Source: an uncultured Gemmatimonadales bacterium
GTDB taxonomy: Bacteria > Gemmatimonadota > Gemmatimonadetes > Gemmatimonadales > Gemmatimonadaceae
DNA: 64,000 nucleotides
NCBI GenBank assembly: GCA_963851265.1
Contig: CAWKNZ010000002.1
Location: forward strand, 672,001-736,000
Direction of reading: 5' to 3'
Shown here: positions 9,450 to 18,745 of the stretch, piece after piece
Position numbering within the stretch: position 1 is the first letter of the stretch
Layout: every line of letters begins with the position of its first letter
Made by a program: the position numbers and the translations under genes
The notes under the pieces: model-generated
Told to the model about the DNA's origin: nothing
Database searches by the model: none
The model's input: only the letters and a program-made list of their open reading frames with translations

Positions 9450-12400
9450 ATGACACGTAGGTCGACGCGGCTGCTCGCGGCAGCGGTGGGCGTTGCGCCT
9501 GCCGCCCTCGTGGCGCAGGCGACCACCGGAGTGATCACGGGACGCGTGACGGACCGCGCGAGCGGAGCGCCGATCGCAGCGGCGCAGATTCAGGTGGTCG
9601 GATCGCAACGCGGGACGACGACGGGGGACAACGGGAGCTTCCGGATCGCCGGCGTGCCCGCGGGCTCGGTCCAGCTTCGCGTGCTCCGGATCGGGTTCGC
9701 GGCACAGACCATTCCTGTCACCGTCGTCAGCGGCCAGACGTCGGCGCCCGTGAACATCGGCCTTGCGGCGTCCGCCGTGAATCTCGACGTCGTGACGGTC
9801 ACGGCAACGGGAACGACGAGCCGCGCCCGCGAGCAGGGGAGCAACATCGCGACCGTGTCGGTGCAGGACCAGCCGCTCGCGGCGGTACAGAACTTCAGCC
9901 AGATCATCGCGGGCCGCGCGGCCGGCGTGACGGTCGTTCAGTCGTCGGGCACGACAGGTACGGGCGCGCGCGTGCGAATCCGTGGCGCGAACTCGCTCAA
10001 CCAGTCGAACGAGCCACTTCTGATCATCGACGGCGTTCGCATCGACCCGAGCGCCAACTCGGGAACGATCGGCGTCGGCGGGCAGACGATCAGCCGCCTG
10101 AACGACCTCAAGCCCGAGGACATCGAGACGTTCGACATCCTCAAGGGCCCGGCGGCGACGGGGCTGTACGGCACACAGGCGGCGAACGGCGTCATCCAGA
10201 TCACGACGCGGCGCGGCGCGGCGGGGCGTCCGCAGTTCAACGGCTACGGCGACCTCGGCACCGTTCGGAACTACGAGACGTACCCGGGCAACTACACGGT
10301 TTACGGAAAGGCCGGCCAGAACGCCACGGCGTTCGCGCCGGGTGCGACGCTCGCACCGGGCTACAACGGCGTCGGTCTTTACTCGGGCAACTCGCGGTGC
10401 TTCCTCACGGCCCAGGCGGCCGGTACGTGCACCGTCGACTCGATCACGTCGGTGCAGCCGCTCAACGTGGCGGGCGTCTCGCCGATCGTCGACGGACACC
10501 GTGACCGCATCGGCGGAAGCGTTCGCGGCGGCGGCGACGTCGCTCGCTACTTCCTCTCGTCGGACGGCGAGACGGAACACGGCGTGTTCACCACGAGCCG
10601 TCTCACGCGCCGTAACTTCCGCGCGAACGTCGACGCGACGCCGATTCAGGGACTCAATCTCGGCGTGTCGGCGGGCTACCTGTCCAGCATCCTCCAGCTG
10701 CCACAGGGCGACAACAACATTCTCGGGCTGATTCCGAACGGTGAACTCGGAGGCCCGATCATCTGCTCCGCGGCGACGAAGTGCATCGCGCACAACGCCG
10801 CCGGCGCGGTGACGAGCGTCGACAGCACGAGCGCGGGGTACTACTCCGGGCTTCTGCCGAGTCAGCTGAACCAGATCCAGACGTACCAGAACGTCAACCG
10901 GTTCACGACCGCGTTCAACGGCAACTTCACGCCTCGGGGCGCGTCGTGGCTGACCGTCACGGCGACGGCCGGGGCCGACGTGAACGATCGCAGCGACCAG
11001 CAACTCTACCCGCAGGGCGTCATCAATACGTCGGTGAACGCGCTGCTCGGGAACCGCACGCTGAACAACTACACGGTCGCGACGTACACCATCAACGGTA
11101 GCGCCGTCGCACGCGCGAACCCGCTGCCGAACCTGTCTGCGGTGACGACGGCCGGTGTGCAGTACCAGCGTGACAACACCAACGGCAACCAGGCGTTCGG
11201 TGTGGGGCTGCTGCCCGGCACCGCGTCGCTCGCGGGCACGTCGCAGCAGTTCGCGGTCAACGAGCAGAACCTGTTCGCACGCACGTTCGGCGTGCTGGTG
11301 CAGGAACAGCTCGGGTATCGCGACCGCCTCTTCGTGACCGGCTCGGTGCGCGGTGACAAGAACAGCGCGTTCGGCTCGAACCTCGGCTTCGTGACCTACC
11401 CGAGCGGCCAGCTATCGTACGTGCCGAGCGAGGAAGCCTGGTTCCCGCGCAACCCGCTGGTCAACTCGATCAAGCTGCGCGCCGCGTACGGCCAGAGTGG
11501 GCTGCGCCCGGGCGTGTTCGATGCGCTCACGTACTTCAATCCGACCGTCGCGAGCATCGCGACGCAGAACCTCGGCGCGTTCACGACCGGCAACTTCGGC
11601 CTGTCGGACCTACGGCCGGAGCGGATCAACGAGGCCGAAGGCGGCTTCGACCTCGGCCTCCTCGGCGGCAGGGTCTCGTTCGAGGCCACCTATTTCGCCA
11701 AGGCGTCGCGCGACGCGCTCGTCGCGGTGCCGCTGCCCGGCTCGTCGGGCGGGCCGGCAAGTCAGCTCACGAACATCGGCCGTGTCACCAACAAGGGCGT
11801 CGAGCTTTCGTCGACGGTGAACGCGATCGACCAGCGCGATGTAGCGCTGTCGGCGGTCTTCAACTTCTCCACGCTCGCCAACAAGCTCGTCGCGCTGCGT
11901 CCCGGTCTCGGTGAAACCGTGTTCGGCCTCGGCGGCAACACGCAGCGATTCTCGCCGGGCTATCCGCTGGGTGCCTACTTCCAGCCGAAGTACACGTACA
12001 GCGACGCGAACGGCGATGGCGTGATCCAGCCTTCCGAAGTCGTGGTCAGCACCGACCTGTCGGCGGCCGGCCAGTACCTCGGTAATCCGCTGCCGAAGCA
12101 CACCTTCTCGGTGCAGCCGACCCTCACGCTGCTGCGCAACATCCGCGTGACGGCGCTCGTCGACTACCGCGGCGGTTTCCTCTTGTACAACGGCACGGAG
12201 CAGTTCCGCTGCGTCACGACGGCCGTCTGCCCCGAGAACTTCGTGAAGGGCTCGCCGCTCGAGGACCAGGCGGCCTCGGTCGCAGCGCGGTCGTACGGCA
12301 CGGTCGCGGGCTACATCACGCCCGCGGCGTTCACGAAGCTTCGCGAACTGTCTGTCAATCTCGGTCTGCCCGCGACGTACGCGCAGCGGTACCTGCACGT

Positions 12401-12569
12401 GCGCGGTGCGAGCCTCAATCTCGCCGGCCGCAACCTCCACACGTGGACGGGCTACAAGGGCGTCGATCCGGAAGTGAACTTCGCCGGGCAATCCAACTTC
12501 ACGCAGGCGGACTTCCTGACGCTTCCGCCGGTGCGCTACTACATCGCGCGCATCAACCTCGACTTCTGA
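9450..12569 (+). CDS. SusC/RagA-family TonB-dependent transporter
   Basis: ATG 9450 after GGAGG; 'TGRVTD...GAPIAAAQIQVVG'; plug 'DIETFDILKGPAATGLYGTQAANGVIQITTRRG'; ends 'RINLDF'. Confidence 0.95.
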   Translation: MTRRSTRLLAAAVGVAPAALVAQATTGVITGRVTDRASGAPIAAAQIQVVGSQRGTTTGDNGSFRIAGVPAGSVQLRVLRIGFAAQTIPVTVVSGQTSAPVNIGLAASAVNLDVVTVTATGTTSRAREQGSNIATVSVQDQPLAAVQNFSQIIAGRAAGVTVVQSSGTTGTGARVRIRGANSLNQSNEPLLIIDGVRIDPSANSGTIGVGGQTISRLNDLKPEDIETFDILKGPAATGLYGTQAANGVIQITTRRGAAGRPQFNGYGDLGTVRNYETYPGNYTVYGKAGQNATAFAPGATLAPGYNGVGLYSGNSRCFLTAQAAGTCTVDSITSVQPLNVAGVSPIVDGHRDRIGGSVRGGGDVARYFLSSDGETEHGVFTTSRLTRRNFRANVDATPIQGLNLGVSAGYLSSILQLPQGDNNILGLIPNGELGGPIICSAATKCIAHNAAGAVTSVDSTSAGYYSGLLPSQLNQIQTYQNVNRFTTAFNGNFTPRGASWLTVTATAGADVNDRSDQQLYPQGVINTSVNALLGNRTLNNYTVATYTINGSAVARANPLPNLSAVTTAGVQYQRDNTNGNQAFGVGLLPGTASLAGTSQQFAVNEQNLFARTFGVLVQEQLGYRDRLFVTGSVRGDKNSAFGSNLGFVTYPSGQLSYVPSEEAWFPRNPLVNSIKLRAAYGQSGLRPGVFDALTYFNPTVASIATQNLGAFTTGNFGLSDLRPERINEAEGGFDLGLLGGRVSFEATYFAKASRDALVAVPLPGSSGGPASQLTNIGRVTNKGVELSSTVNAIDQRDVALSAVFNFSTLANKLVALRPGLGETVFGLGGNTQRFSPGYPLGAYFQPKYTYSDANGDGVIQPSEVVVSTDLSAAGQYLGNPLPKHTFSVQPTLTLLRNIRVTALVDYRGGFLLYNGTEQFRCVTTAVCPENFVKGSPLEDQAASVAARSYGTVAGYITPAAFTKLRELSVNLGLPATYAQRYLHVRGASLNLAGRNLHTWTGYKGVDPEVNFAGQSNFTQADFLTLPPVRYYIARINLDF

Positions 12570-12584
12570 TTCGGACCGTCGCCG

Positions 12585-14153
12585 ATGCGAAATCTTTCGT
12601 TTGTACAGGGCCAGGACGCGTCGCGTCCCGCCCGCATAGTAGGCGTGGCAATCGCGGCCGCAGTGTTCGCCGGGTGTCAGGGAAACAAGCTGACCGACGT
12701 GACGACTCCGGACGTCGTGCAGCCCAGCTCGACCCAGAGCGTCACGGCGTTGCCCGCCGTCTTCAATTCCGCGATCGCCGAATTCACGGTTGCGTATGCC
12801 GGGTCGAACGGCGGCGGCGCCGGCGGCAGTAGCAACTACGGCGCGATCGAGGGCGAGATCCTCTACGGCGGCCTGCTCGGTGACGAGATCCTGCTCTCGG
12901 ACACCTTCCCGACGCGTCGCGAGATCGACTACCGCAACATCCAGCTGACGAACAGCAACAACGACGGCGTGTACCGTCAGCTCCAGATCGCGCGCGTCGC
13001 GGCCGAGCGTTCCACCGCGGCGTATACCGCGCTGAAGGCGAGTATCCCGCCGTCGTCGTTGACGAGTTCTCTGGCGTCACAGGCCGAGGCGTACTCGCTC
13101 GCCGGCTACACGTATCTCATGTTCGCGGAGCAGTACTGCGGCAATGTTCCGTTCAGCACGCTCAACACGGACGGGTCGGTCACGTACGATGCGGGCCACA
13201 CGACGACGCAGATCCTCGCGATCGCCTCGGCGAAGTTCGACTCGGCGATCGCGATCGCGACCCCGCTCGGCGCCGCTGCCGCATCGCAACTGAACCTCGC
13301 GAACATCGGAAAAGCGCGCACGCTCGTCGACCAAGGCAACTACGTGCAGGCGGCGACCTTCACCGCCGCCGTCCCGACGACGTACGCGTACACGCTGTTC
13401 ACGTCGCTCAACACGACGCGGCAGAACAACGGCGTCTGGAGCTTCAACCGTAGCCAGCGCCGCTTTTCCGTTGCGACCGGCGAGGGCGGCAACGGGCTCG
13501 CGTACCGCGCCAGCTCCACAACGGCCGGGAATGCGACCGCGGATCCGCGCGTGCTCGTCGTACGCGGCAACTCGGGGACGCAGATCAGCGGATTCGACCA
13601 GAGCCCGCTGTACGTTGCCGTCAAGTACTCGGAGCAGACGTCGCCCGCGATCCTCGCCACGGGTGTCGAGGCACGGTTGATCGAGGCCGAGGCGGCGATG
13701 AACGGGGGAGACTACGCGACGGCGCTGACCAAGCTGAACACGTTGCGCAGCAATACGGCGCTCTACGCCTGCCCGGCGGGAGTGACGCTGAACAATTTCA
13801 GCTGCCCGGCGACGCAGTCGACCGCGCTGGCCCCACTCACCGATCCGGGCACCGCGCAGGGGCGCGTGCTGCAGTTGTTTCAGGAGCGCGCGTTCTGGAT
13901 GTATCTCACCGCGCACCGGCTCGGCGACATGCGTCGGCTCTCGCGCACCGGTGGCGGCGGCGCGAATGCCGCGGCCGGTTTGAGCGCGTACGGCGACGTC
14001 ACGGGTGGCGTCAGCAAGGTGTTCCCGGTCGGCGTGTACGCGCCGCAGACGACGGTGAACTACGGCTCAAACACCAGCTTGCCCGTGCCGTACTCGGAGC
14101 AAACGGCGAACACCAAGTACAACCCCGCCGCCTGCGACGACAACACGCCGTGA
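12585..14153 (+). CDS. SusD/RagB-family lipoprotein
   Basis: Lipobox 'VFAG-C'; 'EARLIEAEA' and 'ERAFWMYLTAHRLGDMRR'; directly downstream of susC. Confidence 0.9.
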   Translation: MRNLSFVQGQDASRPARIVGVAIAAAVFAGCQGNKLTDVTTPDVVQPSSTQSVTALPAVFNSAIAEFTVAYAGSNGGGAGGSSNYGAIEGEILYGGLLGDEILLSDTFPTRREIDYRNIQLTNSNNDGVYRQLQIARVAAERSTAAYTALKASIPPSSLTSSLASQAEAYSLAGYTYLMFAEQYCGNVPFSTLNTDGSVTYDAGHTTTQILAIASAKFDSAIAIATPLGAAAASQLNLANIGKARTLVDQGNYVQAATFTAAVPTTYAYTLFTSLNTTRQNNGVWSFNRSQRRFSVATGEGGNGLAYRASSTTAGNATADPRVLVVRGNSGTQISGFDQSPLYVAVKYSEQTSPAILATGVEARLIEAEAAMNGGDYATALTKLNTLRSNTALYACPAGVTLNNFSCPATQSTALAPLTDPGTAQGRVLQLFQERAFWMYLTAHRLGDMRRLSRTGGGGANAAAGLSAYGDVTGGVSKVFPVGVYAPQTTVNYGSNTSLPVPYSEQTANTKYNPAACDDNTP

Positions 14154-14192
14154 CGGCCTGGATGCGCTGACTGCGCGGACCGTAGCGCGCAT

Positions 14193-14236
14193 CACGACGG
14201 GGCGCGGAGCCATGGTCGGCTCCGCGCCCCGCCGTG
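14193..14236 (+). terminator. GC-rich stem-loop downstream of susD
   Basis: cacgacggggcgcggagcc-N6-ggctccgcgccccgccgtg (one mismatch); no long U tract. Confidence 0.6.
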
Positions 14237-14311
14237 CATTCTCGGCGAGTCGTCGTTGAGTACGCCGCTCGCCGCGCCGCACGCGTACGGAGGTTGCATG
14301 GGCGCCGCGCC

Positions 14312-15076
14312 ATGTCCGACCACACTCGCGGCCGTTCCCGCGTCAGCCGCGCGGGGGCGTTCGCCCTCTGCGCGGTCTCGCTCTCCGCGATCCCGGGCGT
14401 CGGCGGATCGGCGCTCGGGCAGGTGCCCGGCCTTCCATCCGGGCAGAGCGCGTTCCCGGCGCCTGGCCTCGCCGTCGCGCTCGACGGCGGCCATGCCGAC
14501 GGTCGCACCGTCGGCGCGCTCGCCGGGGCGACGGGCGTGCGTCGCCTCCAACTCACCGCAGCGGTCGGCCTGCCGGGCGGGGTCGCCGGTTACGACCGCA
14601 GCGGCGTCTCGGCCGGCGCGCGACTCGCGGCCCGGCTGTACCGGACGACCCGGCTCGGCGTGTCCGCGTTCGCCGGCTACGGGTTCGAGCGCATGCGGAG
14701 TCCCGCACCGGTCCTGAACGGACCGGCTACGCTCCCAAGCGGGGCGGCGATCGACTCCACGCGCCCGATCGGCCGGCTGACGCAGGTGCCGGTTGGGCTC
14801 AGCGCCGGCGTGCGCGGGCTGTTCGGCGAGCGCCCGTACGCGATTTCGGTCGCGCCAATGTACACGTACGCCCGCTGGAACATCTCCGACTCGACCCGGA
14901 CCCGGAGCGGTGCGCGACTCGCCGCGCTCGGCGAGATCGCCTTCACCCGGAGCATCGGGTTTGGCGTCGCCGCCGAGTTCGGGAGCGGCGGCCCGCTCGG
15001 CAGTCCGTATGCGGCGAGCCGGACCGTGTTCGGCGCGGGACTTTCATATGCAATCCGGCGAGCCGTCGCGCGCTGA
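14312..15076 (+). CDS. Hypothetical exported protein, probably a small outer-membrane beta-barrel
   Basis: Signal-like N terminus; alternating hydrophobic beta-strand pattern; ends 'FGAGLSYAI'; start codon uncertain. Confidence 0.55.
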   Translation: MSDHTRGRSRVSRAGAFALCAVSLSAIPGVGGSALGQVPGLPSGQSAFPAPGLAVALDGGHADGRTVGALAGATGVRRLQLTAAVGLPGGVAGYDRSGVSAGARLAARLYRTTRLGVSAFAGYGFERMRSPAPVLNGPATLPSGAAIDSTRPIGRLTQVPVGLSAGVRGLFGERPYAISVAPMYTYARWNISDSTRTRSGARLAALGEIAFTRSIGFGVAAEFGSGGPLGSPYAASRTVFGAGLSYAIRRAVAR

Positions 15077-15108
15077 CTGCTCGCCCCGTCACACCTGGAG
15101 CGTCACCG

Positions 15109-15564
15109 ATGTCCGACCCGGCCCGTCCCCCCGTGCTCGTCGTGGACGACAACCACGACAATACCGAGATCATCTCGCGCTACCTCGCGATTCGCGGATA
15201 TACCGTGACGGTCGCGCACGACGGCGACGAAGCGCTCGCGATTTTCGAGCGCGACCGCCAGCGCCTCGTCCTGCTCGACGTGATGATGCCGGGGCGCGAC
15301 GGGTGGGAGGTGTGTCGGCTGATGAAGCAGCATCCGACGCTCGGCAAGCGCGTGCGCATCATCATGGTCACCGCGCTCGACGAGTGGGACGACAAGCGCC
15401 AGGCCCTCCAGACGGGTGCCGACGATTACGTGACCAAGCCCTTCGACCTGCCCAAGCTCGCCGCGGCGGTCGACCGGAACGCGGCGTTGGTGGCCGACGC
15501 ACCAAGCGGAACGCCGTCGGCCGCGCCTGGCGGCGCGGGTGACGCAGCCAACGCGGCCGCGTAG
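15109..15564 (+). CDS. Single-domain response regulator (REC)
   Basis: 'VLVVDD', 'LVLLDVMMPGRDG', 'IIMVTA', 'GADDYVTKPFD'. Confidence 0.93.
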   Translation: MSDPARPPVLVVDDNHDNTEIISRYLAIRGYTVTVAHDGDEALAIFERDRQRLVLLDVMMPGRDGWEVCRLMKQHPTLGKRVRIIMVTALDEWDDKRQALQTGADDYVTKPFDLPKLAAAVDRNAALVADAPSGTPSAAPGGAGDAANAAA

Positions 15565-15597
15565 GAGTGCGTGGCGAGGCGCGTTAGCTTCGGCACC

Positions 15598-17282
15598 ATG
15601 GCCGGTCCCCCCCGCACGACGCCGCGGTCGCGCAGTCGCCCGCGCAGTCCCTGGCGCAGTCGCCCACGCAGTTCGCGCCGATTCTCCTGACCGACGACCC
15701 AGGCGAGGCGCCCGAGGCGGCGGCGGCCGCGCTCGGGGGGTGGCGCGTGGTGCGGCTCGCGGAACGGGCGCTCGCCGACGCAGTGGCGACGACGCCCGAA
15801 GCCCGCGCGGTCGTGGTGACCTCCGCCAACCCGAACGCGTTGCGCGACGTCGCGGGTGCGGCGCGGCGCGCCGGAGTCGCGGTCGTCGTCGGGTGCGCCG
15901 ACGAGACCGCGCGGCGGCGTGCCGCGGAGGTGCAGGCCGACGACTGGTATCAGTCGCCGGCGTCGGCCGACGAGGTGGCCGCGCGTGTGCGGACGGCCAT
16001 CACGCGTGCTACGCCGGGCGGCGCGGCCGCGTCGCTCGACCGGATCGAGCGCGCGGAGTACGAGCACCTCCTCTACGACCAGCGTACGGGGCTACCCACG
16101 CTGCCCGTGGCCATCGAGCGCTCGCGCGCGGCCATCAAGGAGCGCGGCGAGGTCGTCGTGCTCTACCTCAACTTCGTGCGCTACTCGAAGCTCGAGGAGA
16201 TCTACGGCTGGGAGAAGCTCGACGCCGTGCTCGAGACGACGGCCGAGGCGGTGCGCGAGTTCATCGACGGCAGCGCGCTCTCGGGGTCGCGGGCGCTGGT
16301 GACGTTCATGAACGACGCCGACGTGGTGCTCTTCCACGTGCCCGCCAAGGGCCGCGCGGCGGCGACGGACGCCGACATCACCGAGCTCACCGGGGGGCTC
16401 TCGGCGCGCGTCGCCGCGCGGCTCGAGGCGGAGCACGGCGAGGACGTCGCCGCACTGTTCGACATCTACATCGGCGTCGCGCACGTGTACTACAACGCGA
16501 AAGTGCGGCTCGAGCGGCTGATGTACCGCGGCATCCGCGAGGCGGCCAACGCGGCCAAGAGCGTCGAGGAGCGCGAGCGGGCGCGCAAGGTGGCCGACCT
16601 GCGCACGAGTCTGCGGGACCGGCTCGTCTACGTCGACTACCACCCCATCGTCGAGGCGTCGACCCAGCGGGTGTTCGGGTACGAAGCGCTCGCGCGCGGG
16701 CGCATGCGGTCGCTGCGCAGCCCGGAGGTCATGTTCGAGGTCGCGGCGGAGGCCGACCTGCTGTGGGAGCTGAGCCGCCTCTGCCGCGAGCGCGCCGTGG
16801 AGGGGATGGGCGCGCGCATGGCCGACGGCGAACTCCTGTTCCTGAACGTCGACCCGCAGGACTTCGCCGACCCCGAATTCTCCGAGCAGGCGTTAGGCGT
16901 GGACGACCCGCGGCGCGTGGTCATCGAGATCACCGAGCGCACGGCCATCAAGGACTACCCCAAGTTCCGCGGGCGCCTCAAGGCGTTCCGCGACGCGGGG
17001 TTCCGGTTCGCGGTGGACGACGCGGGGTCGGGCTACGCGGGCCTCGGATCGATCGCGAACCTCGAGCCCGACTTCATCAAGCTCGACATGTCGCTGATCA
17101 ACTGCATCGACGCGAACTTCATCAAGCAGAACCTCGTGGAGACGATGGTGAAGTTCGCGAACGACCAGGGCGCGATGGTGATCGCGGAAGGGGTGGAGCG
17201 GAAGGAGGAGTTCGACGCGGTGCGGGCGCTGGGCGTGCATCTGGTGCAGGGTTTCTTCCTGCACCGCCCGGAAGGCCACTGA
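15598..17282 (+). CDS. EAL-domain c-di-GMP phosphodiesterase with degenerate REC-like and GGDEF-like domains; apparent frameshift in a C7 run near the start
   Basis: 'YEALAR', 'FLNVD', 'IEITE', 'VDDAGSGY', 'IKLD', 'AEGVE', 'QGF'. The open frame extends upstream of 15747 (…PILLTDD…) to the C7 run at 15607-15613; ATG 15598 joins it if one C is added. Confidence 0.85.
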
Positions 17283-17356
17283 GGACGGGCGCCGCGGCGC
17301 CGCGTTAGACCATCCCGTCGGGCCGGCCGGACCGGTACCCGCGGCCCCCTCCCTGT

Positions 17357-18745
17357 CTAACGCTCGTCGCGCCCTCCGTCCAACAGGTCCCGCACCAGCG
17401 CCCACGTGCGCCGGTCCGCGCCGAGGCCGCCCTCGACGACCCCGCGTGCCGCGGACCCCGCGTGCGCGCGCAGCGTGTCACTCGTCCGCCACCGCCGCAG
17501 CAGCTCGGCGAGCGTCCGGGCGCTCGGTGCCGCTTCCGCGCCACCGGCGGCGATCAGCAGGCCGGCATCGCGGCTGTTCGCGTGCTGCGGCCCGAACGCG
17601 ACCGGCACGCCGAACGCGGCAGGCTCCAGCACCGAGTGCAGGCCCGCGCTGTGGAAACCGCCGCCGACGAACGCCGCGTCGGCCGCGGCATACAACTCCG
17701 CAAGCACGCCGACGCGGTCGACGAGCACGACGTCGGCGTCGCGGGCCGCGTCGGGCCGGTCGAGCATGGCCGACCAGCGGACGACGCGCAGACGGTTGGA
17801 CGCGGCCCACTGCTCGAGCGGGGCGAGGTGCGGCGGCGTGGGCTCGTGCGGGGCGAGCACGAGGCGTGCGCTCGCGTCCTGGCGCCGGAGCATGATCCAC
17901 GCCTCGCCGAGCGGGCCTTCGTCCGCGGGCCACGTGGAGCCCGCGACGAGCGTGAACCGCGGGTCTCGCGCGCCGGCCTCGCCGCCCAGCCGGGATCGGG
18001 CGAGCGCGGCGAGCGCGGCCGCCGCGTCGGCGGGCAGCGCGAGGGCGCGCGCGCGTTCCCACGCCTGGTCGTACCGGGTGTCGCCGGTGACCTCGACCCG
18101 GTCGCGCCTAACGCCGAGCGCGACCAACCGGTCGGCGTCGGCCGCGTCGATGGCGCCGACGCGGTCGAGGGCGCGGTAGGCGTCGCGGAGCACGAGGCCG
18201 GCGAGGCGCCCGCGCCGCCGCGCGCCGGGCGCCAGCGTGGCGCTCACGAGACCCAGCCGCACCCCGCGGGCGGCGGCGCGGGCGACGAGCGTCGGCCACA
18301 CGTCGAGCTTGCTGAACACGAGTGCCGTCGGGCGGAGCGCGTCGAGTAGCGCGGCCGCGTCGCCGCCCGTGTCGAACGGCAGGACGTCGGCGTGGTCGGC
18401 CAGGCCGGCGGTCACCAGACCGCGCGCGAAGGCGCGCGCGCTCGGCGAGTAGTATGTGTAGGCGCGCTGCACGTCGGGCGCCTCGCGTCGCGCCCACTCG
18501 AGCACCGGGCGCGCCTGCAGTCCTTCGCCGACGCTGGGCGCGTGGACCCAGAGGAGCGGGCGGTCGGCGTCGCGGTGCGCGGCGCCCCACGCGCGGTAGC
18601 GGGCGCGCACGCCGCGCCGCGCGCGCAGACTCTGCTGGAGCTTGCCGCCGCCGTCCGGGGTGAGCGCCGCGGCGAGGCGCGCCGCGGCGCCTAACGCCGC
18701 GTAGGCGGCCCGCAGCGGCGCGGCGGCGCGCGCGCCCGCGCTCAG
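17357..18745 (-). CDS. waaA: 3-deoxy-D-manno-octulosonic acid (Kdo) transferase
   Basis: 'LLWVHAPSVGE', 'LPFD', 'VTGDTRYD', 'VAGSTW', 'LAPHEP', 'AFVGGGF...HSVLEPA'. Start uncertain; a CTG at 18745 overlaps the dsbA stop. Confidence 0.88.
   Translation of the reverse strand: MSAGARAAAPLRAAYAALGAAARLAAALTPDGGGKLQQSLRARRGVRARYRAWGAAHRDADRPLLWVHAPSVGEGLQARPVLEWARREAPDVQRAYTYYSPSARAFARGLVTAGLADHADVLPFDTGGDAAALLDALRPTALVFSKLDVWPTLVARAAARGVRLGLVSATLAPGARRRGRLAGLVLRDAYRALDRVGAIDAADADRLVALGVRRDRVEVTGDTRYDQAWERARALALPADAAAALAALARSRLGGEAGARDPRFTLVAGSTWPADEGPLGEAWIMLRRQDASARLVLAPHEPTPPHLAPLEQWAASNRLRVVRWSAMLDRPDAARDADVVLVDRVGVLAELYAAADAAFVGGGFHSAGLHSVLEPAAFGVPVAFGPQHANSRDAGLLIAAGGAEAAPSARTLAELLRRWRTSDTLRAHAGSAARGVVEGGLGADRRTWALVRDLLDGGRDER

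Noticed and set aside
8812..9456. 214-aa minus-strand ORF in the divergent susC gap
   Set aside because: It overlaps the susC start and putative regulatory elements, only the middle has coding-like codons, and I recognise no family. Not listed as a CDS.
1924..12040. DxNxDG EF-hand-like loops in three SusC proteins
   Set aside because: A common, already known feature of SusC-family barrels.
4929..13260. Repeated GCGATCGC (HIP1-like) words
   Set aside because: Expected from common Ala-Ile-Ala codons in a GC-rich genome; I cannot show enrichment by eye.
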